From the IMG/VR virus record IMGVR_UViG_3300043036_000465, positions 1 through 34,388 of that record: a stretch of DNA of 34,388 bases. One strand, 5' to 3'. Made by a program: the position numbers and the translations under genes. Positions 24,399 through 32,639 of this stretch are shown piece by piece. Numbering within the stretch: position 1 is the stretch's first letter; every line of letters begins with the position of its first letter. The notes under the pieces are model-generated. The model saw only the letters and a list, made by a program, of their open reading frames with translations, was not told where the DNA came from and ran no database searches. Origin of the DNA: a virus. Lineage: Duplodnaviria; Caudoviricetes.

Positions 24399-24821
24399 TT
24401 AATTTAGCGCGGGATCGTGGGTGCGGGCGGTGAACTGGATATCGATCGACAGTTCAAAAAAGGTGGTGTTTTTCTGATCGATGGCAGCTGTATCGATCTG
24501 CAGATCGCCTTCGGTCACCAGCATGGCAATGCCGCCCAGCTGCGCGCCATCGGCGAACAGCGCGCGCACGGTGCCAGCATACAGATCGTTGATCGCAACG
24601 GCGGCATTCTGCCCAGCGATGAAACCACCAACCACCAGCTGCAGCGCATAGATGTTGTGGATGGCCCCGGATTCGATCAGGCGGTGGCCGCGATCATCCA
24701 GCGTCAGGGTGGGGCTGGTGCTGGGCTGGGCATTAGGCTGGCGCAACACCAGGGCCACGCTTGGCACCGTGTTTAGCCGGGCCAACACTTCGGCGATCAT
24801 GGTTTCGCGGCGGGCCGTCAT
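24399..24821 (-). CDS. Tail terminator (gpU-like)
   Basis: MTARRETMIAEVLARL N-terminus, ADGAQLGG motif; synteny. Confidence 0.7.
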   Translation of the reverse strand: MTARRETMIAEVLARLNTVPSVALVLRQPNAQPSTSPTLTLDDRGHRLIESGAIHNIYALQLVVGGFIAGQNAAVAINDLYAGTVRALFADGAQLGGIAMLVTEGDLQIDTAAIDQKNTTFFELSIDIQFTARTHDPALN

Positions 24822-25138
24822 GCTTCACTCACAGTGATAACATAGCTGTTCGTAAAATCCTGATCGGCCACCTGGGTGATTTCCCACACCGCGCCTTCGG
24901 CATCTGTGATGGTGCCGGATTGCAGGGGAACGGTGGCAAGCCCGTTGCGCGGGATCTCAAACGAAACCCCGCGCAACGGGTTGCCCTGGCCGGTCAGGCT
25001 GCCCGCCGCATCGCCGCTTCGCACTGCTTGCACACCGGGCACAGCAACCGCACCTGCACCGGGCGGGGTGTAGGTGACAGTTTCCGCGGCACCAGTGCGA
25101 AACAGCACGGAACGCAAATGCAACAGCGGGCTGGCCAT
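24818..25138 (-). CDS. Head-tail joining protein (gpFII-like)
   Basis: 106 aa, beta-rich, AETVTYTP motif; lies between cement and tail terminator. Confidence 0.7.
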   Translation of the reverse strand: MASPLLHLRSVLFRTGAAETVTYTPPGAGAVAVPGVQAVRSGDAAGSLTGQGNPLRGVSFEIPRNGLATVPLQSGTITDAEGAVWEITQVADQDFTNSYVITVSEA

Positions 25139-25142
25139 CAGC

Positions 25143-25475
25143 TTAGATCGTCGGACTCAGGCGCACCGCGATGGTGGCCACACCCGAAGCAACCGTGCCG
25201 ACAGCGGCGGCCGTGCCAACCTTCGTGTTGCTGCCCACCGTAGTGGTGACGTTGAAGTTGGTGTTATCCCAGTACAGGGCGACACCTTCACCAATCGAAA
25301 CAGCCGCCTTGGGCAGGGTGAACACGCCTTCGATCGCAAATTCGCCGGTGGCGGCGTTAGCCGTGTCACCAAGAGCAACGCCGAAAGTGTTGCCGCGCAA
25401 CATGCCCTGCCCCGAAGTGACAGCGCGCGAGGCGGTGAGGGTCAAGATGTGACCCAGCTGAACTACGTTCCGCAT
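25143..25475 (-). CDS. Capsid cement or decoration protein (DUF2190-like)
   Basis: MRNVVQLG...GVA...EGVFTLPK...LYWD signature; directly after the major capsid gene. Confidence 0.85.
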   Translation of the reverse strand: MRNVVQLGHILTLTASRAVTSGQGMLRGNTFGVALGDTANAATGEFAIEGVFTLPKAAVSIGEGVALYWDNTNFNVTTTVGSNTKVGTAAAVGTVASGVATIAVRLSPTI

Positions 25476-25500
25476 GAAAAGGTTTCCTTAATAGATGGCG

Positions 25501-25541
25501 GAAAAACGCCGCAGGGCCGGGGATTAGCCCGGCCCTGCGGC
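25501..25541 (-). terminator. Intrinsic terminator after the major capsid gene
   Basis: Perfect 14-bp stem 25508-25521/25528-25541 with a 6-nt loop, followed by GTTTTTC on the minus strand. Confidence 0.85.
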
Positions 25542-25574
25542 AGTGGTTCCTTGGGGAGGAAGATTGTCCGGCGA

Positions 25575-27554
25575 TTAGGCGCCGGCGTTATCGAACAGGC
25601 CGCGGTGATCGATGGCAGCCGCTGCGAAATCCAGACCGGCTTCAAGTTCGACACCCTGGAACCCGCCCAGATCACGGGTCGCCAGCTGCACGCCTTCGGC
25701 CCCATCGAGATAGGCATATTCAATGGTATCGATCACGCTGCTGTCTGCCGCCAAATACCAGCGGGTAAGGCTGCTGGCATCCAGCACCGCATCCACAACC
25801 AGGTTAAGGCTGTTGCGGCCACCAGGGCCGAACTGGTTCACGTTGCTGTTCTGCACTGGCATGATGGCACCGGTGACGAACTGTTCGGCCAGAGTTTCCA
25901 GCGAAGCCGGCACGATCAGGTGACGCGGGGCGATGTTCAGTTCCTCGCCCTGCAGGCCCTTCTGCACGCGCATGGCAGCGCGGCCCGCCGACAGGGTGGA
26001 AAGGCCGATGGCCGCACCCGAACCGGAACGGTTGCCGTTGCCAGCGCTGAACAGATCGCCAGCGTTATAGGTGCCGCTGCCGGTGAGCGCCGCATATACC
26101 GTGCGGTTTTCAAGGCGGCGGGCGGCGTTGGCAAAGCCGGTGGCCCAGCGATCCAGCGCACCCAGATCATCGTTGATCAGCGTCTGGCGGCTGATGTTGG
26201 TTTTCCGGGCGTAGGTGATCAGGCGATAAGTGGTGCCCTGATCGGACCAGGCACCGTGCTTGATTTCGCCGGCTTCACCCAGCGGCAGCAGATCGGGCGC
26301 GCCCGAAATCTGCGCAACAGTGCGGGCCTTGAAATCGGGCAGGTTGGCGCCGCGCTTGGCCCAGAGCATGTATGTCGGATTGTTTTCCGCATACTGATCG
26401 CGCAGCCGCTTGCTGACGACATTGGCCAGGATGTTGGGCAGATCGCTGGTGGTCATGCCCAAAGCGCGGGTGGCGATTTCGTTGCGAGACAGGCCGTTTA
26501 CCGAAACGCCGCGCGATTGCAGCAGTTCTTCGGCAATGCGCATCAGGCCCCAGCTGCGGAATCGCCGGCCATTATCATCCGGCATGCCGCCAGGCGTCAT
26601 TTTGGCCAGCAGGGCATTTTCAATGCCGGCGCGCATCGTGTCGCCTTCATCGCGGCCAACCGATACCGTGTTGCGGGTAACCGGCGCGTTGCCAGCGGCG
26701 AAGCGGCGGCCGATTTCAGCTTCCAGCTGTTCCTGGGTAAGGGCGGTGCCATCATGGCGGGCCACAATGGCATCCACATCAGCCTGCGGCAGCTGGGCGG
26801 CGCGGGTGGCAGCAAGAATGGCGCCGGCCGTGACGGTGCGAACGGCGCGGGTTTCAGTGATAGCCGCAGCTTGTGCCGGGGCCGGCGGGATGACGGCCGC
26901 CGGGGCGGCCACTTCGGTGGTATCGGGCATGATTGCCTCCGGGTTGGCCGCGCCGGTTTCGGCGGCACGGCGGATTATACAGGGGAAGCGCCCCTGCGCC
27001 GCATCGGTGCTGCGCGCGCCGGCTGCCGGATCGGCAGGCACGGGCACGAAGCTGATTTCTGCCGGTTCCCAATCGGTGGCGCGGTACAGCGGCCGCGCGC
27101 CTGGGGTTTCGGTGACTTCGTAACTGTGGACGATGTAGCCCACGGAAATATTGCGGATGATGCCGGCCTGGATATCGCCGACAATATCGGCGATCGATTC
27201 GCGCGCCGAAAGCTGCAGGGTTGCGATCAGCGCGCCGCCTTCAATGCGGGCCGAACCGGGCACCACTACACCGATTTGATCTTCAAGTTCTTCAGCGCGG
27301 TGGCTGTTCAGCACCGGGGCGCCGGCGTTCAGGCGATCGAAGCGGATGGCGGTATCGGAAACCACCAGTTCTTCATCCACATCGCGGAAGCTGTTCCAAT
27401 CAAACATGGCGCGGCGGGCGCCGGTGCTGGCCACCACGTCGATGGTGCGCATTTCGGGGTTGAACGATTCAGCGCGCAGCGACAGGGCGCGGTGCTGGCT
27501 GCCGATCTGCACCTGTTCAGTGCGGGCCGGCGTGGGGATGGCGGCATCAGGCAT
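25575..27554 (-). CDS. Prohead protease / major capsid protein fusion
   Basis: N-terminal HK97-type protease (VLNSH, ISVGY, EISFVPVPAD), Ala/Pro linker, Mu gpT-like capsid domain (TSDLPNIL, DFK, INDDLGA). Confidence 0.92.
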   Translation of the reverse strand: MPDAAIPTPARTEQVQIGSQHRALSLRAESFNPEMRTIDVVASTGARRAMFDWNSFRDVDEELVVSDTAIRFDRLNAGAPVLNSHRAEELEDQIGVVVPGSARIEGGALIATLQLSARESIADIVGDIQAGIIRNISVGYIVHSYEVTETPGARPLYRATDWEPAEISFVPVPADPAAGARSTDAAQGRFPCIIRRAAETGAANPEAIMPDTTEVAAPAAVIPPAPAQAAAITETRAVRTVTAGAILAATRAAQLPQADVDAIVARHDGTALTQEQLEAEIGRRFAAGNAPVTRNTVSVGRDEGDTMRAGIENALLAKMTPGGMPDDNGRRFRSWGLMRIAEELLQSRGVSVNGLSRNEIATRALGMTTSDLPNILANVVSKRLRDQYAENNPTYMLWAKRGANLPDFKARTVAQISGAPDLLPLGEAGEIKHGAWSDQGTTYRLITYARKTNISRQTLINDDLGALDRWATGFANAARRLENRTVYAALTGSGTYNAGDLFSAGNGNRSGSGAAIGLSTLSAGRAAMRVQKGLQGEELNIAPRHLIVPASLETLAEQFVTGAIMPVQNSNVNQFGPGGRNSLNLVVDAVLDASSLTRWYLAADSSVIDTIEYAYLDGAEGVQLATRDLGGFQGVELEAGLDFAAAAIDHRGLFDNAGA

Positions 27555-29055
27555 TGGTGGCTGTTCCTTCTGTTGGCGGCGCGGCAGCTGCGGTGCGGGC
27601 CAGCGCGGCGTTAAGGGCCATGGTGTCTACGCCCAGTTCGGCCTGGATTAGTTCGCGATCGGCCTTGATGCGCTCCACCAGTTCCGGCAGCGTCCACCCG
27701 CGTTCTTCCGCCAGTTCCGACAGGGTGCGGCTGAACATATCCATTTCGAGTTTGGCCGCGCGGGCATCCTTTTCTGGATCCGGGCTGGTGATCGGGCGCG
27801 GCGGCGTCCAGCGGATGCTGGCTGCAGCCGCGCCCGGCAAGGATTGCGCCATAGCCCCATCGATAAAACCGCGGGCAAGCATGCGCCCCATGCGGGGGAT
27901 CAGCACCTGCCACTGTTGCTGTTCGGCGAACTGGCCGAAATCAAACGAGCCCACGCGGTAACTGGAATAATTCACGCCCGACATATCGCCCGACATATGT
28001 TCGTACATTACGCCCACGCCGGCGGCGGCGAGGAACCCCATCTGCCGGATAAACGGGGACATATCGCCCACCGGCGCCACCGGGCCGGGCTGGAAGCTTT
28101 CGCCCGGCTTTGTGTAATGGATCATGCCCGGCACAAATTCCGTGACGCGGTTGCCAGCTTCATCCGGTGCGGATTTTACGCCCAGATCAAGCCCGCCCTG
28201 GCCGGCCGGTTCCGGCGATTGCACAAAGCCCACCAGGCAGGCTTCGATATTCTTGCGCATCGCCTCCCGATCGAGATAGGCGGCGAGTTCATTAAGCGGC
28301 ATGATAGCCGCGGCAAAGATCGAAACACCGCGATCTTGGCCGGGGCGCAGCACATCGTACACCTGCACCACATCGCCGATCGGCACCCGAACCGATTCCC
28401 AGGTGCCGCGCAGGTGGCGGGAAATATTGGCCGGGTGATCAGGCAGCAACCAAAGCGCCACCTTGCGGCCATCGGCATCATATTCGATTCCGCGCTCAAT
28501 CCAGCTACCGGTGGAACCGTAGAGGCTGGATTTCGCAAAATCGATGTGATCGATTTCCAGCACCTGAAACTGATAGGCCGGCCGCCCTGTGCTGAAATCG
28601 GCGCGATAGCGGCGCAGCAGCACATCCCCATCGCTATACAGCGCGCGGGCCAAAGTGAGTTGCAGGCCGTTCAGATCCTGTTCGCCCATCCAATCGGCGT
28701 TATCGACAAAGCGTGCATATTCGCTGCGCAGGCGGCGGTTTGCTGGCTTGCCATCCAGGCCCATCACACTCCCGGTTATGCCCGTGCCCACCGTGCTGCT
28801 CACCAGCTTGGCGTGGGCCTTGCGTGCATAGCCGTTATTCTGCAGCAGATTCCGGGTCAGGGTGCGGATACGCTGCGCGCCCTGTTCGGCTTCGCCACGC
28901 GGGCCGGAATCGGTGCGGCGCCAGTTTTCAATACGGCGGTTGCCGGGCCGCGCGGCTTCGTAGCTGCGCACATTGTCCAGCGCCAGGCGCGCCCGCGCGC
29001 GGGCCAGCCCGGCACTGGGCGACATGGCGGCGATGATTTGATCCAGCAGGTTCAT
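27547..29055 (-). CDS. Portal protein, lambda family
   Basis: RSYEAA, DGDVL, GIEYD, RPGQDRG, VNYSSYR and DPEKD motifs. Confidence 0.93.
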   Translation of the reverse strand: MNLLDQIIAAMSPSAGLARARARLALDNVRSYEAARPGNRRIENWRRTDSGPRGEAEQGAQRIRTLTRNLLQNNGYARKAHAKLVSSTVGTGITGSVMGLDGKPANRRLRSEYARFVDNADWMGEQDLNGLQLTLARALYSDGDVLLRRYRADFSTGRPAYQFQVLEIDHIDFAKSSLYGSTGSWIERGIEYDADGRKVALWLLPDHPANISRHLRGTWESVRVPIGDVVQVYDVLRPGQDRGVSIFAAAIMPLNELAAYLDREAMRKNIEACLVGFVQSPEPAGQGGLDLGVKSAPDEAGNRVTEFVPGMIHYTKPGESFQPGPVAPVGDMSPFIRQMGFLAAAGVGVMYEHMSGDMSGVNYSSYRVGSFDFGQFAEQQQWQVLIPRMGRMLARGFIDGAMAQSLPGAAAASIRWTPPRPITSPDPEKDARAAKLEMDMFSRTLSELAEERGWTLPELVERIKADRELIQAELGVDTMALNAALARTAAAAPPTEGTATNA

Positions 29056-29267
29056 GCAGCACCGTTTGAAAAGCTGATCAGCGACACCCGGCTGTTGCGG
29101 CCTGTGCTGGCTGGCTGCGAAACTTCGGCGGCGATCATGTCGCGGGTGCGCAGCATTTCATCCAAACTGCGATATTTCACCCGGCTGCCATCTGCATACG
29201 CCACTTCCATGGCGCCGCTGGCAATGGCCGCCCTGATGGCATCCAGATCAGTTTGCGTGAATGTCAC
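29052..29267 (-). CDS. Head completion protein (gpW-like)
   Basis: 71 aa, AIASG...V.Y...RVKYRSLDEM; lies between TerL and portal. Confidence 0.88.
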   Translation of the reverse strand: MTFTQTDLDAIRAAIASGAMEVAYADGSRVKYRSLDEMLRTRDMIAAEVSQPASTGRNSRVSLISFSNGAA

Positions 29268-31345
29268 GATCGATACCTTTCGAAGATGCTGCCCGCGCCC
29301 GCTGCCGGTTGCGTCCGGTCGGAGGAGCCCCCTGCAGCGGGCGCGGGGCCTGCCGGGGCGCTGCCCCCAGCGGCGAACGCCGGGGCAGGCTGGGTCAGAG
29401 CCTGCGCCAAAGCGCGCGCTTCACCCGGCAGGGATTCATCGAACAGTTCGGCCTGCGCCTTATCGGCAGGGCCATCCATGGCCTGGGCGATCGCCGCCCA
29501 GGCATCATCGGTGGTGCGTTTCCAGCCCATCATTTCAGCGGCCCAATGAGCATAAACCGCGCAATCTAGAACTTCGTTGCGGCGGCCTTTGAGGCGCACC
29601 CATTGATACTGGCGATGGCCGCGCTTGTTTTCGACTTCGCTGCGCACTTCGCTGGTAAGCTGTTCATACCAATCAAGGCTGAACCCCTTCCCCAGCGCGA
29701 CATGGCCGCGGGCCAGCGGATCGCCCTTGCGCAGATCGCCATACAGATACGCCTTGAGCGCGCCGCCGCCGACTTCATACACGATGCGTTCGGCCGCAAT
29801 GCGCTTGCCATTGGGCGCCGTCTGGCGGGTTTGCGCCATGCCGATCGCCGGCGCATGATCGGACCGGGCACCCACCACCGGCGCCACACGGGACGGCGGG
29901 TGGCGCTTTACCCAATCGAGCACCTTCTGCCGTTCGTAACCCACATCGATCGCCAGCTGCCTGATCTGGATTGGCTTTCCCCAGAAATCGGGCCAGCTTT
30001 GCAGCAGCAGCTTATCCAGCTGCGCCATTACATCATCGCCTTCTGCACCGGCGATGCTGCCGGCGATGATGATGTGATCCACCGGCTGCCGGCGCAAATT
30101 GGGGCCGAACGCCCACAGCCCCACTTCCACGCGGTTTTCCTGCACATCCACACCTGCAAACAGGAAGTAATGCCCAGGGGCAAGATGGCTGCGGCGCGCG
30201 ATCGGGTTGGATTCGCCGCGCTCCATCAGGGCGTGATAATCGGGGGCTTCACCTGCGATCTTATATGTGAGGCCCACGCCATCGTTAAGAAACGTCCGTT
30301 CCTTGGCCTGATCACCCCGTGCCGTGGCATAGGCGCTGGCGATGCGGCCCCAGCTTTCAAGCGGCGCATAGGCAGCCCAGATATAGAAGCTGCGTTCGCC
30401 CGGCGCCGGGTTCAGATTGTGCGGCACCATGGTGGCACCGTTGGCCGGGTCCACCATCCAGGCGCGGTGCTTTTCTCCGATCGGGGCTTCGCAGCCCTGG
30501 CAGGTGAAGAACGCGCCTTCCTGCGCTGGGCGGCCTTCGTCCAGCGCGGCATCGATGTTGCGCTGCATGAACGCCCATTCCAGCGGCTGCAGCGTTTGGC
30601 AGTGCGGGCACGGCACGTGCCAATGTTCCTGGGTGCCGCGATGGAAGGCGCGGCTGATCTTGCAGCTGCCTTCTTCCAGCGGCGTGGAAACCTTCAGGAT
30701 CTTGGCATCTTCATACGCTTTCGAACGACTGTCGGCCTGGGTTTCGGGATCGCCGGCATCGTTGTTTTCCCATTTTGACAGATCGTCCTGCACCTGCGCT
30801 TTGATTGTGTGTTGCGACAGGCTGGCCGAACTGTTGGCGCCAGTGGCCATGACGCTGCCGCGCCCATCCAAGCGTTCGAACAGCAGTTCGGTGACTTTGG
30901 CATCCTTGGGATTATCGAAGCTGATCACCTGCTGCAGCACCGGTGAATTGCGCACCTTGGGCTTTACCTTGCCAAACACCCACTTTTTGGCCTGCGGCAG
31001 CGTAGGGTGCACGCACATCAGCTGGGCCGGTGCCAGATCCAGCCAGCCCAACAGGAAACTATCGGCCAGCACCGTGCCGCCGATCTGCGCGGATTTCTTG
31101 AACGTCACCACCCGCGTGGGATCTTCGGGGCTCAAAGCCTCCATGATCGGCCGGAAGAACGGAAATTGTTCAAAGCTGTACCGGCCCGGCATCGGTTCAT
31201 CTTGCCCGAAGATGATGCTTCGTTCGGTCCAGGCCACCAGGTCAACCGCCGCAGCCGGTCGCAGCGCACCAGCCAACACCCCTGCCACCAGCGTTTCCGC
31301 ATCAGCAAAGGGTGGGCTGGTGAAGCCCGCGTGATCATACAGCAT
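29264..31345 (-). CDS. Terminase large subunit, lambda gpA family
   Basis: KSAQIGGT Walker A, QVQDD Walker B, VSTP, CPHC...CQGC, AGVDVQ, AIDVG and RNEVLDC motifs. Confidence 0.95.
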   Translation of the reverse strand: MLYDHAGFTSPPFADAETLVAGVLAGALRPAAAVDLVAWTERSIIFGQDEPMPGRYSFEQFPFFRPIMEALSPEDPTRVVTFKKSAQIGGTVLADSFLLGWLDLAPAQLMCVHPTLPQAKKWVFGKVKPKVRNSPVLQQVISFDNPKDAKVTELLFERLDGRGSVMATGANSSASLSQHTIKAQVQDDLSKWENNDAGDPETQADSRSKAYEDAKILKVSTPLEEGSCKISRAFHRGTQEHWHVPCPHCQTLQPLEWAFMQRNIDAALDEGRPAQEGAFFTCQGCEAPIGEKHRAWMVDPANGATMVPHNLNPAPGERSFYIWAAYAPLESWGRIASAYATARGDQAKERTFLNDGVGLTYKIAGEAPDYHALMERGESNPIARRSHLAPGHYFLFAGVDVQENRVEVGLWAFGPNLRRQPVDHIIIAGSIAGAEGDDVMAQLDKLLLQSWPDFWGKPIQIRQLAIDVGYERQKVLDWVKRHPPSRVAPVVGARSDHAPAIGMAQTRQTAPNGKRIAAERIVYEVGGGALKAYLYGDLRKGDPLARGHVALGKGFSLDWYEQLTSEVRSEVENKRGHRQYQWVRLKGRRNEVLDCAVYAHWAAEMMGWKRTTDDAWAAIAQAMDGPADKAQAELFDESLPGEARALAQALTQPAPAFAAGGSAPAGPAPAAGGSSDRTQPAAGAGSIFERYRS

Positions 31346-31959
31346 CAGGCGGTGGAGCGTTCCAGGCTTTCGGTGATATCGGCAAACTGCTGGCGTTCCC
31401 GGCGCAGCACGTTGCGCACGGAAATCAGCACTTCATTATAGGGCAGGCCGAACTGTTCGCTGATCGGCTTTGCAATGGCGACAGGCATTTTATCGAACAG
31501 GGCGCGCAGCGGCTGCAGCTGGCGGGCCAGGGCGCGCTTGACGGCGCCGATATCCACCAGCTGGCCGGCGGCCACAGCATCTTCGCGCGCGCCGCGTTCG
31601 ATCTGCTGGCGCAGCTTATCGCTGTTCAGGCGCAGCTGTTCTTCGCGCAAGGCCTCCACCGAAGCGGCAGGCAACGCGGCCGCCGCGCGGGCCGGTTGAT
31701 CGGCGGCCACATCCAACTGTTGCTGGCCTTGGATCGAACTGGGCAGGATCGGTTTCGCCTGGGCCAGCTGCTGGCCCAGATCCAGCGCGATGTTCAGCTG
31801 CCGCAACGCGGCCGCCAGGTTGATGCGCGCGCTGCGGCCTTTGCCCACCAGCGCATCGCCCGACAGTTTGCCGGCCTGAATCCACCGTGTCACCTGCGCA
31901 GGATCGCGGCCCACCTGTTGGGCAAACTGCGATTTGGACAGGACGGCGGCTTCGGTCAT
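31345..31959 (-). CDS. Terminase small subunit
   Basis: N-terminal HTH SKSQFAQQVGRDPAQVTRW, coiled coil, GQLVD; overlaps the TerL start. Confidence 0.85.
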   Translation of the reverse strand: MTEAAVLSKSQFAQQVGRDPAQVTRWIQAGKLSGDALVGKGRSARINLAAALRQLNIALDLGQQLAQAKPILPSSIQGQQQLDVAADQPARAAAALPAASVEALREEQLRLNSDKLRQQIERGAREDAVAAGQLVDIGAVKRALARQLQPLRALFDKMPVAIAKPISEQFGLPYNEVLISVRNVLRRERQQFADITESLERSTA

Positions 31960-32309
31960 CAGATGGTGCTATCTACGTTGCCATCGGTATAACAGATCAC
32001 CCGTATATTTGCGCCAATGTTGGCGGCCAGCACGCGCTGCACGCGCATGGGCACCGGGCGCACGCTGCCCGGCGGCACAAAGAACGACACGGCGCGGCTG
32101 GCGGCCTGGCCATCGATGCTGCCGGGAAGAGCATTCACCGGCACCAGGTCCACGCGCTGGAAGCCCGTGCCCTGGTTTTCAATATCCACCGCCTTCACGC
32201 CCACCGGCAAATCAGCCGTATCAGATGGCGTGGCGGCAAACGCGTTGCCGCACACCGCCGACAGATGGAAGCGGTTTTCCGAACTGTATGGATCGTTGCT
32301 CATAGCCAT
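31959..32309 (-). CDS. Head spike base protein-like (RcGTA Rcc01079 family)
   Basis: AFAATPSDTADLP...VSFFVPPGSVRPVPMRVQRVLA resembles the Rcc01079 pattern (from recall); next to a spike-fibre-like gene. Confidence 0.65.
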   Translation of the reverse strand: MAMSNDPYSSENRFHLSAVCGNAFAATPSDTADLPVGVKAVDIENQGTGFQRVDLVPVNALPGSIDGQAASRAVSFFVPPGSVRPVPMRVQRVLAANIGANIRVICYTDGNVDSTI

Positions 32310-32357
32310 TGAGGGTTCCTTAAATTGCCGCTGCTGCCGGATTTATAAAAATGGCCG

Positions 32358-32639
32358 TCAGGCCCAGACGCGGTACGGAACTGCGGGTTCAAGAATTAAC
32401 GGCTCCAAATCCGCAAGCTGGCCTTCGCTGAAGTTGCCGCGCAGATTTGTGTGCCAGCCAGGGTAATCCACGACGATAGGATCGCCGCCATTGTCGTAGC
32501 CCGTCACGCGGCTGAACGGCCCAACGTGGTCGATTGACACGCCAGCCACCGGAAAACCTTTGTCGTTGGTCACGCCCGCCGCCAGCAGCGCAGCGGCCAT
32601 AGCCGCTTCGGTGGCGGCGATCAGATACAGATCGATCAT
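32358..32639 (-). CDS. Small protein coupled to the fibre gene (possible fibre chaperone)
   Basis: MIDLYLIAATE...GWHTNLR...PYRVWA; ATGA overlap with the fibre stop. Confidence 0.7.
   Translation of the reverse strand: MIDLYLIAATEAAMAAALLAAGVTNDKGFPVAGVSIDHVGPFSRVTGYDNGGDPIVVDYPGWHTNLRGNFSEGQLADLEPLILEPAVPYRVWA

Noticed and set aside
25074-27614. 846-aa plus-strand ORF antisense to the capsid gene
   Set aside because: Shadow ORF expected from GC-rich codon bias; no motifs; the opposite strand has clear phage genes
27844-29592. 582-aa plus-strand ORF antisense to the portal gene (likewise 2818-4305, 12293-13309, 15706-17055 and 29603-30778)
   Set aside because: Same antisense shadow pattern, with no recognisable domains
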